The notes beneath the pieces were generated by a model. That model saw only the letters and a list, made by a program, of their open reading frames with translations, was not told the DNA's origin and made no database searches. From Candidatus Wukongarchaeum yapensis (lineage in GTDB: Archaea; Asgardarchaeota; Wukongarchaeia; Wukongarchaeales; Wukongarchaeaceae), in assembly GCA_016840425.1 (NCBI GenBank), contig JAEOSI010000016.1, positions 1 through 20,507 on the forward strand: 20,507 nucleotides of DNA, in the 5' to 3' direction. A program made the position numbers and the translations under genes. This document shows, piece by piece, positions 1 to 8,438 of this stretch (the stretch's first letter is position 1; each line of letters starts with the position of its first letter).

Positions 1-926
1 TATTCTGGATGTTTTCCTCTTTGTTTTGCCAAATATCTTATTACGTCTTTTTTAATTAATGCTCCTAGAAGTTTTTCTTTGTTTTCGTTCATGATGGGAA
101 GTCCGTCTAAACCTTCTGAAAACATTGTTTTTATTACTTTTTTTGTGTTTTTGTTTTGGGTAAATATCTTAGGAATGGGTGTTGCCATATCTTCTGCAAG
201 GGGTGTTATTGTCTCCTTTACCTGTATTTTTGTGTGTATCTCTTCTGTTCTTTCTACATCTCTTATTGGGACTATTACGCGCTCTTTTTTTAGCGTCGAT
301 TTAGCTATGGTCTCAATTTCGAAAAGCATGTTACTAGCCGTTATCAGTCCCCAAGGCTCGTTTTTAGCTTCAAAAACAACGAGACAATCTGTATCAAGTT
401 CTTGAGCAGTCTGTATAATATGGGATATAGTTGAATATTTTTGAGTTATTCTTTTTTCCGCTTCTTTTGGTAAAATATTTTTCAGAGGAGTCGAAATTAA
501 AGGATCATCCAAAAAGGCCCACAAGATATCTCCCGCTGTAATTATTCCTAAAATTTCCTCTTTTTCTTCCACTAGCAACCCGTCTATAAATGGGGTTTTT
601 GATGAAAGTATTTTAACAACATCTATTAGGCGGGTTTGTGGGCGGATCTTTGGTACCTTTTCCGCTATTAATTCAACATACTTTGAAGGGAGCATAGACC
701 CTCCCTCTTTCCAAAAATGCCCGAGGTTTAGCGCATTCTTAAAAAAGATTTTTGGCGTGATTAGCCCAATAACCTTCTCATCCCTATCAATTATTATTGC
801 GTTTTTCTCCTTTGTTTTTAAAAGCGCGTTTATAAGATGTGATAAGGGCATATCCCTTTCTATTAATGGCACATTTTGGTTCATAATATCTGCTGCTTGT
901 AAAAGAAAAGAAGTCTCTTTCCCCAT
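1..926 (-). CDS. CBS-domain protein (two CBS pairs, ~308 aa), 3' end at the window edge
   Basis: Manually read on the minus strand: ATG at 926 with GGTGA RBS upstream, and an open frame to position 1 (MGKETSFLLQAADIMNQNVPLIERDMPLSHLINALL...VIGLIT...EEILGIITAGDIL...PWGLITASNML...AEDMATPIPKI...GLPIMNENKEKLLGALIKKDVIRYLAKQRGKHPE). Four CBS-type 'G(L/I)IT..D' segments. The last two bases read 'TA', so the stop is probably just outside the window. Not in the ORF track. Confidence 0.85.
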   Translation of the reverse strand, partial: MGKETSFLLQAADIMNQNVPLIERDMPLSHLINALLKTKEKNAIIIDRDEKVIGLITPKIFFKNALNLGHFWKEGGSMLPSKYVELIAEKVPKIRPQTRLIDVVKILSSKTPFIDGLLVEEKEEILGIITAGDILWAFLDDPLISTPLKNILPKEAEKRITQKYSTISHIIQTAQELDTDCLVVFEAKNEPWGLITASNMLFEIETIAKSTLKKERVIVPIRDVERTEEIHTKIQVKETITPLAEDMATPIPKIFTQNKNTKKVIKTMFSEGLDGLPIMNENKEKLLGALIKKDVIRYLAKQRGKHPE

Positions 927-984
927 TTTTTTTCACCAATTTACTTTCAAATTTAATTTAGATTGTTTTGTGTGCTTTTGGCAG

Positions 985-1000
985 TTTTTTATATCTTTTC
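985..1000 (-). promoter_or_regulatory. Possible BRE/TATA promoter for the CBS gene
   Basis: Minus strand reads GAAAAGATATAAAAAA about 60 nt upstream of the ATG. The context is AT-rich, so this is weak. Confidence 0.3.
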
Positions 1001-1064
1001 ATTTTAGTTTCTTAATTTTTTTTAGGAAGTTTTAATCTGTGTTGTTTTCTTATTGTGTCTTTTT

Positions 1065-2063
1065 TTAGAAGAGGTAAGCATGAAAAGCTTTTACTTCTCT
1101 TAACGTTGTTGTTGGGTGGATAATTGCATGTTTAACCTCTGAATGGGCTACTTGGGCGTGAGCTCCGATTGTGCAAAAAGGTCCTATGATAGAGTTTTTA
1201 AAACGAACGTTTTCACCTATCCAAGAGGGTCCTATTACTGTTGTATTTTCCTGAAAACTCTGTGTTATGCCTTCTTTGATAAAGGTCCCTTGGTTTGGGA
1301 TAATAAATTCTTGAAGTTTCCATCTTTCCAAAATTTTTCGGTTTGTCGTAAGTAGGTCGTCAATCGTATTGATATTTTCTCGCCATCCAAAATTGTTAAG
1401 AATGGTTCCCCTAACTGGTTTTTTTTCTTTTATAAGTATTTTGAGTGTATCTGAGATATCTCGTTCCCCTTGAGGGGTTAAAGGGGTTTTTTTAAGATAT
1501 GGTATCGTCTTTTTTGATATAATGTACGCGCCAGTAGTTACAAATCTTTTTTCAAAATCCTTTTTCTGGGTTTTGGTTGGGGAAGCAAATATTTTTGTTA
1601 TAAATCCCTTTCCATCGAGTTGTACTCTTACTATTCTCGTCTTTGTATCATGTTTTTTGTTGTCTTTTTTCTCCACATAAAGGGTTATAATAGGAGGCTC
1701 AAAATCTTCTATAAGGGGTTTAAGTCTACATGAGAAAAAGTTGTCACAATGCAAAACGAGAAATTTTTCTTCGAGGAAAGGTTCTGCTGTAAGGATTGCT
1801 GAAACTGTTCCTTGAAGAGTTTTTTGGTATATGATTCTTATTTTTACATCGTGTGATCGCAGGTGTTTTTCGAGGTATTGTTTAATTTTTGTAGCGAGAT
1901 GGTGGGTTACAATTATTATCTCGTTTATATCAGCATCCATTAATGCTTTTATCTGATGTTTTATCAAAGTACCTCCTGGAAGCATAAGGAGGGGTTTTGG
2001 AATTTTTAGAGTGATTGGTTCCATTCTTTTACCTTTTCCTGCTGCTAGAATTAATCCTTTCAA
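1065..2063 (-). CDS. Sugar-phosphate nucleotidyltransferase (long RfbA/GlmU-like form with C-terminal hexapeptide beta-helix)
   Basis: N-terminal GLILAAGKGKRMEPIT..IPKPLL signature, QKTLQGTVSAI, GERDISD, and a C-terminal IGPSWIGENVRFKNSIIGPFCTIG repeat. Start placed at TTG 2063 (MKGLILAAG); the track's extension to 2120 is poly-T/A sequence. Confidence 0.88.
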   Translation of the reverse strand: MKGLILAAGKGKRMEPITLKIPKPLLMLPGGTLIKHQIKALMDADINEIIIVTHHLATKIKQYLEKHLRSHDVKIRIIYQKTLQGTVSAILTAEPFLEEKFLVLHCDNFFSCRLKPLIEDFEPPIITLYVEKKDNKKHDTKTRIVRVQLDGKGFITKIFASPTKTQKKDFEKRFVTTGAYIISKKTIPYLKKTPLTPQGERDISDTLKILIKEKKPVRGTILNNFGWRENINTIDDLLTTNRKILERWKLQEFIIPNQGTFIKEGITQSFQENTTVIGPSWIGENVRFKNSIIGPFCTIGAHAQVAHSEVKHAIIHPTTTLREVKAFHAYLF

Positions 2064-2112
2064 GGTGCATCTTAGCCTCTTTTTCTCTTTTTTTTTATTT
2101 AAAAATATTAAA

Positions 2113-2143
2113 ATAAACAAATTCTTACTAAGTTTTTGTTTAT
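2113..2143. repeat. Imperfect 31-bp inverted repeat in the divergent spacer
   Basis: ATAAACAAA-tt-CTTA-c-TAAG-tt-TTTGTTTAT, read directly from the sequence. Confidence 0.7.
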
Positions 2144-2174
2144 ATTGTGGGACGTGATGAGTGTTTAAGGTGTC

Positions 2175-3629
2175 GTGATTGTTTTGGAGTTAAGTGAGTT
2201 AGAAGAGTTCGTGGATTTGGCTTTGGGGTATGGGGCGAAGATAGGGGTGCCTTTTATTGAGGTGCGTTTAGAGGATGGTTCCGTAGGTGAGATTCGATTG
2301 GAAAAGGGTGAGGTTAAAGAGAGTAAAGCTTTGCGTGATATTGGTCTTGCTGTGCGAGTTATTTACAATGGAGTTTCAGGGTTTGCTTTTACTACGCGGT
2401 TGAAAAAAGATTCTGTGGAAAAGGTTGTTGAGAAAGCTTTCCAGGCGGCTAAAGTTGGGGATAAAATAACCGCTTTAAGGCTTCCTTTTGCAGATTCTGA
2501 GCCTGTTGTGGATAACCCCCATATCCCCCCGATCAAGCAGCATCCCAAAAATGTTTCTTTTGAAGATAAGAGGGAGATGGTGATGCGAGCCTATGAATCG
2601 GCTAAAGATTATGGTAAAAGTGTAGCCTCCATCATCGTAAGATATGGTGAAGCATATGGTGCAAAAATCGTGGCAAATTCTGAGGGCACTAGGGTGAAAT
2701 GGGATCCTTGGACCGTGGAGATTGTTTGTATGGTTATTTCAAAGGAAGGAGAAGTTCTTGCAGATGCTTGGGACCGTCATGGTGGCTCTATTGGCTTGGA
2801 AATCTTTGAAGGGCATTTTTCTCCTGAGCAGCTGGGGGAGAATGCTGCAAAATGGGCTGCAGAAAAGCTTGTAGCTAAGAAGGTGCCTGCGGGAAGACAA
2901 AGAGCACTTGCCGATAACAAGCTTACTGGCGTTTTAGCCCACGAATCTTTCGGTCATCAAACCGAGGCAGACCTTATGATAAGCGGGGCCGTGGTCCTAA
3001 AAGATAGGATGGGGGAAAAGCTAGGCTCGGAAAATGTTACTGTTGTAGATGAAGGTGTTTATGAGGGAGATAATGCTGATATTTATCGGGGATGGTGGTG
3101 TCCACATGATGATGAAGGCGTCAGAGCAGAAAAAGTAGTTATGTTAGATAAAGGCGTCTTTTCAAGTAGTCTAAATTCTAGAGGAACCGCGAAATATATG
3201 GGTAGTAAGCCTACAGGTAATGCTAGAGCGCTTGATTTTCGCTTTGAACCGATAGTGCGTATGCGGAACACCTACTTTACTCCTGGGGATATGTCTTTTG
3301 AAGAGGCACTGGAACTTCTTAGAGATGGGATTTATGCTATCGATACTTTTGGCGGCCAAGCTAACTTTGACGGTAATTTCATGTTTAAAGCGATGAGAGG
3401 CTATCTTGTAAGAAAAGGCGAAATTGTGGAGCCTTTACGAGATGTCGCTATTACCGGGAACATTTTAGATTTTCTAAAAAAAGTGGAAGGGGCTACTCGC
3501 GATTTCGAGCTTCACGGCGGATATTTTGGTGGGTGCGGTAAAGGCGGACAAGGTCCTTTATTTCTCGCAGACGGCGGTCCAAAACTCCTTTTAGGCGGTG
3601 ATGGCGTACAGTTTGGAGGAGAAATGTGA
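2175..3629 (+). CDS. tldD: TldD family metalloprotease (catalytic subunit)
   Basis: Metal motif HESFGH, HDDEG, GNARA...PIVRMRNTY, and C-terminal GCGKGGQ..L..DGGP, all typical of TldD. Confidence 0.93.
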   Translation: MIVLELSELEEFVDLALGYGAKIGVPFIEVRLEDGSVGEIRLEKGEVKESKALRDIGLAVRVIYNGVSGFAFTTRLKKDSVEKVVEKAFQAAKVGDKITALRLPFADSEPVVDNPHIPPIKQHPKNVSFEDKREMVMRAYESAKDYGKSVASIIVRYGEAYGAKIVANSEGTRVKWDPWTVEIVCMVISKEGEVLADAWDRHGGSIGLEIFEGHFSPEQLGENAAKWAAEKLVAKKVPAGRQRALADNKLTGVLAHESFGHQTEADLMISGAVVLKDRMGEKLGSENVTVVDEGVYEGDNADIYRGWWCPHDDEGVRAEKVVMLDKGVFSSSLNSRGTAKYMGSKPTGNARALDFRFEPIVRMRNTYFTPGDMSFEEALELLRDGIYAIDTFGGQANFDGNFMFKAMRGYLVRKGEIVEPLRDVAITGNILDFLKKVEGATRDFELHGGYFGGCGKGGQGPLFLADGGPKLLLGGDGVQFGGEM

Positions 3630-3654
3630 TTGAGGTAATGGTTGGTGAGTAAAA

Positions 3655-5013
3655 ATGGTAGGGAAAATGGTTGATGTGGATGAACTTTTATCTTTTGCAG
3701 ATACCATTGTTAAAAAAGCAGTTGCGCGGGGAGCCGATGAAGCAGAAGCCTTTGTTTCAAGTGATACAACCGTTGAATGCCAAATACAGGGTGGAATTTT
3801 GACGACAAGGGAGGGTGTAGATGAAGGACTTGGGGTGCGTGTAGTAATAGGTAAAAGCGTAGGTTTTGCATCAGTTTCTTCTCTCGATGAGAAACAGGCT
3901 GATGAAGTGATTTCAAAAGCGTTAAGTTTAGCCAAAATAGCTCCCGAAGACCCGAAATTCCAGCAACTTCCAGATCCCGTAAAGCGGGGCACTAGGTCGG
4001 GAATTTTTGATGAAACTATTATGAAGGTGGATTCAGCAAGTCTAATGGAAGAATCAGCAAAAATTGTGCAGGAAGCGATGCAAACCGATAAAAGAGTTAG
4101 TTACGTTTACGGTTTTTCAGGTTTAGATTATGGCACTTTTGGCGTGGTGAACTCGCGGGGAGTAGGCTCAGGAGATAAGAATACGGGTATTGGTGCTGGT
4201 ATCTATTTAAAAGCGGAAAACAATGGAGAAGTAAAACTTGGTTACGAGTTAGTTGTCTCTCGGGAGCATCGTGATTTCGAAGGCGTTGGAGAAAATCTTG
4301 CAAAAAATGTTATAGGTTATTTAGGGTCAAAACCTTTAGAATCCACCTTTGAAGGCACTGTTATTTTTGAAAATAAGATAGTAGACGAGCTTTTTTCAGA
4401 GTTTCTTGGATATTCAGTAAGCGCTTTGGCAGTACAAGAAAAAAGAAGTTTTTTCGCAAACAAATTAGGCAAACAAGTCGCTTCAAAGGATCTCACAATC
4501 CATGACGATCCTCAACTTCACGAAGGTATAAAAACGATAAAATGCGATCATGAAGGAATAGATGTTCTCCAAAAACCCATAATTAAAGAAGGAGTATTAA
4601 AAAACTATCTATACACAAGTTATACCGCCTATATTGATAACGTAGAATCAACAGGAAACGCCATAAGAAGCGGGTTTCAAGGCTTACCAAGAACCGCTCC
4701 TATAAACCTCACAATCCGAGGAAACAAAAACTTAGAAGAAATGGTCTCAGAAGTAGAAAAAGGCGTTCTCATAAGAGAATATGTCATGGGACTAGGCCAC
4801 GCAAACATTATTACTGGAGATTTCTCCATAGTAGCCCCCACAGCCTTCCTCATAGAAAAAGGCGAAATAAAACACTCCCTAAACACAATAACTATCGCAG
4901 GAAACTTCTTCCAAACCCTAAAAAACATTCAAGCAATAGGAAACGACCCAATACTCACCCAAAACGGAAAAATCCCAACAATAGCGGTGAAAAACCTCAC
5001 AATTTCAGGATAA
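3655..5013 (+). CDS. pmbA: PmbA/TldE family protein (non-catalytic partner)
   Basis: ADEAEAFVS...GLGVRV..GKSVGFAS, DHEG, STGNA.R, GHANIITGDFS, TIAGNF. It lacks HExxxH and lies 25 bp downstream of tldD. Confidence 0.92.
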   Translation: MVGKMVDVDELLSFADTIVKKAVARGADEAEAFVSSDTTVECQIQGGILTTREGVDEGLGVRVVIGKSVGFASVSSLDEKQADEVISKALSLAKIAPEDPKFQQLPDPVKRGTRSGIFDETIMKVDSASLMEESAKIVQEAMQTDKRVSYVYGFSGLDYGTFGVVNSRGVGSGDKNTGIGAGIYLKAENNGEVKLGYELVVSREHRDFEGVGENLAKNVIGYLGSKPLESTFEGTVIFENKIVDELFSEFLGYSVSALAVQEKRSFFANKLGKQVASKDLTIHDDPQLHEGIKTIKCDHEGIDVLQKPIIKEGVLKNYLYTSYTAYIDNVESTGNAIRSGFQGLPRTAPINLTIRGNKNLEEMVSEVEKGVLIREYVMGLGHANIITGDFSIVAPTAFLIEKGEIKHSLNTITIAGNFFQTLKNIQAIGNDPILTQNGKIPTIAVKNLTISG

Positions 5014-5073
5014 AAAATAACCCCGACTCAACCATTAAACTAAAAACCTTAAATATCCCCCCCATTATTTGTC

Positions 5074-5589
5074 TCAGGGTTTCCAAACCTTAAGCCATGA
5101 AATCTTTTCAAATTTAGTGTCGCTTGTCGCTATATTTCTAATTTCATATTTCCAGCAAGTCCTAGCATGTAGCGCTACTCTCGGAGATAAATTGTGTTCT
5201 ACTCCAATGCTAGGAACATTTTTTAATATACCCCAATCTATGGGTAAAACCACCATTCCCATAACATGCAAAGCTTCAACATAATCATAAAAAACCTGAA
5301 CCGCTTCATAAGCTTTTTTCGAAACTTCCTCGTCCATTTTTAACCTGTTTTTAATCACGCTAAGATCCCCTGTGTCTAAAATTTCTGACCCCTTTTCTAA
5401 AAGGATAATCTCTGAAACTTCATAGACTACGGCGGTGTCTATCGCGCTTCGTACTTCTCCCCTTTCAACCAGCTCTAAAAAAGCTGTTGAAGCTTCCCCA
5501 AAATCTTCATGAGAACGAAAATTATGTAGAAAAATATTAGAATCAATAAAAATCAGTTCATCTTCTTCAAAACTAGAAAGCTCGCCCAT
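5074..5589 (-). CDS. vapC: PIN-domain VapC-like protein, possibly catalytically degenerate
   Basis: IFIDSNIF (D16), VVYEV (E57), IATSD (D157) and C-terminal WLKVWKP. The third acidic position reads V138. Confidence 0.8.
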   Translation of the reverse strand: MGELSSFEEDELIFIDSNIFLHNFRSHEDFGEASTAFLELVERGEVRSAIDTAVVYEVSEIILLEKGSEILDTGDLSVIKNRLKMDEEVSKKAYEAVQVFYDYVEALHVMGMVVLPIDWGILKNVPSIGVEHNLSPRVALHARTCWKYEIRNIATSDTKFEKISWLKVWKP

Positions 5590-5615
5590 TTAAAACACCA
5601 AAAAATTGCTATCTA

Positions 5616-5846
5616 TTATCCTAAAATATCGGGGTTAACTGCGATTTTTGAGTTTGAAAGTAAGCCTTTCACTTTCTGGGTCAAATTTTTTTCTTTTATC
5701 AAAAGTATCTTCCATCCCTCAATAACCTCTATATTCAAAATCCCCAATTCCTCAAGAATACTTCTTGGAATCATTACTCCCGCTTCTGAAACACGAACAG
5801 TTTTACGAATATTTTCTTTTTTTTCATTCTCCGAAGGAAAAGCCAA
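5616..5846 (-). CDS. AbrB/MazE-like antitoxin (VapB candidate), divergent
   Basis: KTVRVSEAGVMIPRSILEELGI..IEV...ILLIKEK resembles the AbrB-type beta-hairpin/helix pattern. It is small and immediately upstream of the PIN gene. TTG at 5846 has a GGAGG RBS upstream. Confidence 0.6.
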   Translation of the reverse strand: MAFPSENEKKENIRKTVRVSEAGVMIPRSILEELGILNIEVIEGWKILLIKEKNLTQKVKGLLSNSKIAVNPDILG

Positions 5847-5922
5847 AAAACCTTCCTCCAAAAACAATTTTAAAGATTTAAAAAACAAAAACTATTTTCT
5901 TTTTTCTTCATCCAATTTTTCG

Positions 5923-5937
5923 TTTATAAGTCTTTTG
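5923..5937 (-). promoter_or_regulatory. Possible BRE/TATA promoter of the antitoxin-toxin pair
   Basis: Minus strand CAAAAGA-CTTATAAA, following the T-rich tract that ends the upstream gene. Confidence 0.4.
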
Positions 5938-5940
5938 AGA

Positions 5941-5960
5941 GAAAAAATAAGAAAATGAAA
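5941..5960 (-). terminator. Oligo-T terminator candidate after the CaCA gene
   Basis: Minus strand TTTCATTTTCTTATTTTTTC shortly after the stop at 5973. Confidence 0.35.
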
Positions 5961-5972
5961 GTTTGAAAGCCT

Positions 5973-6950
5973 TTATCCTATCTTGAATAAGGCAATGACG
6001 ACTAAAACGTAAAGGAGAACCGCTAAAACTCCTTCTTTTGGACAAAGTTCCAAATCAAATGTTATCTTTACCCCCACGATAGTAGTAACCACCATCAAGA
6101 GTAGATTAATAACTTCATCGCCTATTTTGAAAGGTTCTCCTGCCGTGCAGGCAATTACAATCATTACCCCGAATAGTAATGAATTGTTCTGGACCTTGCT
6201 GCCTATAAAATTCGCTATCGCTATCTCGGCCCCTTCCATGCTTTTCTTTGTTAATAAGAACGCAGATATTTTTTCCAGCATTTCACTGGCAAAGGGACTA
6301 ATTACTAATGCCAAGAAAAGCGCAGATACTCCTATCTCTTCACTTAAATCAACGATGGTGTGTACGAAAGGCTCTGCAGCAAGAAGAAGTAAAACACTGC
6401 CCACTACTAAGAAAGACAGGCTTACTTTCTTCTCTTTGCTCGTTATAGGTTCAGTTTTTTCAACGTTAGTAGCCATAACTTCCCTCGATTCATAAAACTG
6501 ATCAATAATAAAAATAACATATATCACCCACAAAACTAAGCCTTCCCATAACTGGAACTCCCCGTCTGCAGCTGCAAGTAAAATAAAAAGAGAGGCTATC
6601 AAAAGATACCATAAATCATCCCTTAAAGTAGGTGACAATGTGATTAAACGCTTATGATAAACGTAAGCTAACAAAATAACCATACCATAACCTATCGTAA
6701 AAAGGAGGATATTGCCCCCAATAGCACTTCCAAGAGCCACATAATTTTCCAAAGCCAAAACAGCAACAACTACAAAAACAAGCTCTGGAAGCGTTGTAAC
6801 AAAGCCAAGCAACACCGACCCCACAAAACTCGCTCCAAATTTTTTCTCTAAAACCTCAGCAGATTTGGATAAAAAATCTGCAGCAAACGATATAATCGCG
6901 AGAAGAAATAAAGTCTCACCTAGCAAAAATAATAAACCCGTTTTAACCAC
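5973..6950 (-). CDS. Sodium/calcium exchanger (CaCA family, YrbG-like)
   Basis: About 10 hydrophobic segments in two repeats. Alpha-1 motif GFVTTLPEL...GSAIGGNI and alpha-2 motif SPFASEMLE...NFIGSKVQN. Confidence 0.88.
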   Translation of the reverse strand: MVKTGLLFLLGETLFLLAIISFAADFLSKSAEVLEKKFGASFVGSVLLGFVTTLPELVFVVVAVLALENYVALGSAIGGNILLFTIGYGMVILLAYVYHKRLITLSPTLRDDLWYLLIASLFILLAAADGEFQLWEGLVLWVIYVIFIIDQFYESREVMATNVEKTEPITSKEKKVSLSFLVVGSVLLLLAAEPFVHTIVDLSEEIGVSALFLALVISPFASEMLEKISAFLLTKKSMEGAEIAIANFIGSKVQNNSLLFGVMIVIACTAGEPFKIGDEVINLLLMVVTTIVGVKITFDLELCPKEGVLAVLLYVLVVIALFKIG

Positions 6951-7186
6951 CTCTACCCTTGCTTCCTAGCTTTAAAAAATAAAAACGGCTATAACTCCCA
7001 AAAACTGTCAAGAACCATAATAAATTTATGGAGAATTTACCTAATTAGTTTTTCTTCTACGCCTAATGTTTCGCTCTACTCTCAACCTCCATTCCTCCCA
7101 TTATCATAACCCTCTAGAAAGATGAAAACGTTTTAAACGTAAAACACCCTTTTATCCAGTAAAAATTTCTAAAGTAGGGATAAAAC

Positions 7187-8356
7187 TTGATCATTCTCAA
7201 AGAAGAAATGGAAAAATGCGCGATAAATATTGTAGAAGGAATGAACCTTAAAACAAACGAAGCAGTCCTCATCCGAGGCGGTACTCACTCCCAAGAACTT
7301 TTAGAAGAGATCGCAATAAACTGCTATAAAAAAAACACTCACCCCCTTATAGTATCCGCAAGCGATAATTTTTCAGAGCGTGTTTATGTCGAAATACCGG
7401 TTGAAACCTTTAAAGTTACTCCAAAACATTACCTCGCCCTAGTAAAGGCGTGTGATGCCCTCATCAACATCGAACCCTTCAAAGACCCTGCCATTCAACT
7501 ACGATTTCCACGAGAAAAACTAGAAGCCAGAGCAGAAGCATCAGTACCCATAAAAAAAGCAGTCTATGGAAATGGTGAAAAAGGTAAGCGTTGGTGCTAC
7601 GTAGGTTGGCCCACAGAAGAAGCTGCAAAGTTCTTTAGCATAGACTCAGAAACCCTAAAAGAACTAATTATCGGCGGCATGATGGTTCCCCTGAAAGGGC
7701 TAATGAGACGATGTAACGCCATATCCGAAGGGTTGAAAAATGCAGACACCGTTCACATCACAGATCCTCAAGGTTCCGACTTCACTATCGGTGTAAAAGG
7801 CCGAAGAATAAATGAGGATGACGGTTTCATCTCCGACAAAGATATCGAAATGAACGATCTGGGTAATAACTTACCCGCAGGAGAAGTGTTCGTCGGCTGT
7901 GAAGAAGAACGTTGTGAAGGAACTATCTACTGCCCCATAACCATCGATCGTTTTAATAACAAAATCATCCACGATATTACCCTCCACTACGAAAACGGAA
8001 AACTCATCCTTGAAAAGATCGATGCCGACGATAAAGAAACTATAATACAATCATTCAACCAAGCCTTAGAAATCGACAAGAAAACAGAAAAAGAAATCAG
8101 AACTCTAAACGTTGGCGAACTCGGGATAGGATGCAACCCTTCAATAGATAAAGCCATAGGTTACATCCTAACTGACGAAAAAGTTACAGGCACTGTACAC
8201 GTAGCCTTCGGCGATAACTATAGTTTTGGTGGTACCTCAAGGTCGATCATGCATTGGGATTTCGTAACAGCCCCTGGAATAACCTTGGAAGTAAAATACA
8301 TAGATGGCTCAACAAAAATCATAATACAAGACGGCAAAATACTGTCTCTAGAATAA
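7187..8356 (+). CDS. Aminopeptidase, peptidase family M29 (AmpS/AmpT-like)
   Basis: Ordered metal/catalytic motifs NLPAGEVF, GELGIG, DEK, GTVHVAFG, NY, HWD. Confidence 0.9.
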   Translation: MIILKEEMEKCAINIVEGMNLKTNEAVLIRGGTHSQELLEEIAINCYKKNTHPLIVSASDNFSERVYVEIPVETFKVTPKHYLALVKACDALINIEPFKDPAIQLRFPREKLEARAEASVPIKKAVYGNGEKGKRWCYVGWPTEEAAKFFSIDSETLKELIIGGMMVPLKGLMRRCNAISEGLKNADTVHITDPQGSDFTIGVKGRRINEDDGFISDKDIEMNDLGNNLPAGEVFVGCEEERCEGTIYCPITIDRFNNKIIHDITLHYENGKLILEKIDADDKETIIQSFNQALEIDKKTEKEIRTLNVGELGIGCNPSIDKAIGYILTDEKVTGTVHVAFGDNYSFGGTSRSIMHWDFVTAPGITLEVKYIDGSTKIIIQDGKILSLE

Positions 8357-8409
8357 ATTAAATCTATTGTAAAATCATTTAATAAAGCTCAATTACTTCT
8401 TTTTTTAAT

Positions 8410-8438
8410 TTTTGAAGATGGTGTTTTGAAGATGGTGT
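8410..8438 (+). repeat. Perfect 14-bp tandem duplication over the aminotransferase start
   Basis: TTTGAAGATGGTGT at 8411-8424 and again at 8425-8438. Confidence 0.9.

Noticed and set aside
79-1035. Plus-strand ORFs 79..405 and 757..1035
   Set aside because: They are antisense shadows of the minus-strand CBS gene, which has an RBS and recognisable motifs.
1-2063. Nucleotidyltransferase plus CBS gene as a split version of CBS-fused sugar nucleotidyltransferases
   Set aside because: The order and domain count (four CBS, downstream, 138-bp gap) do not match, and no sugar-pathway genes are adjacent.
6951-7186. Short inverted repeats (CCATAA-N5-TTATGG at 7015-7031, TTTATCC-N20-GGATAAA at 7150-7183) and a 14-codon minus-strand ORF
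   Set aside because: Arms of 6-7 bp and a tiny ORF are expected by chance in AT-rich spacers.
2175-8356. TldD/PmbA plus M29 peptidase as a RiPP (microcin-like) maturation system
   Set aside because: There is no precursor peptide, YcaO, radical SAM or transporter gene nearby. TldD-PmbA pairs are common housekeeping genes in archaea.
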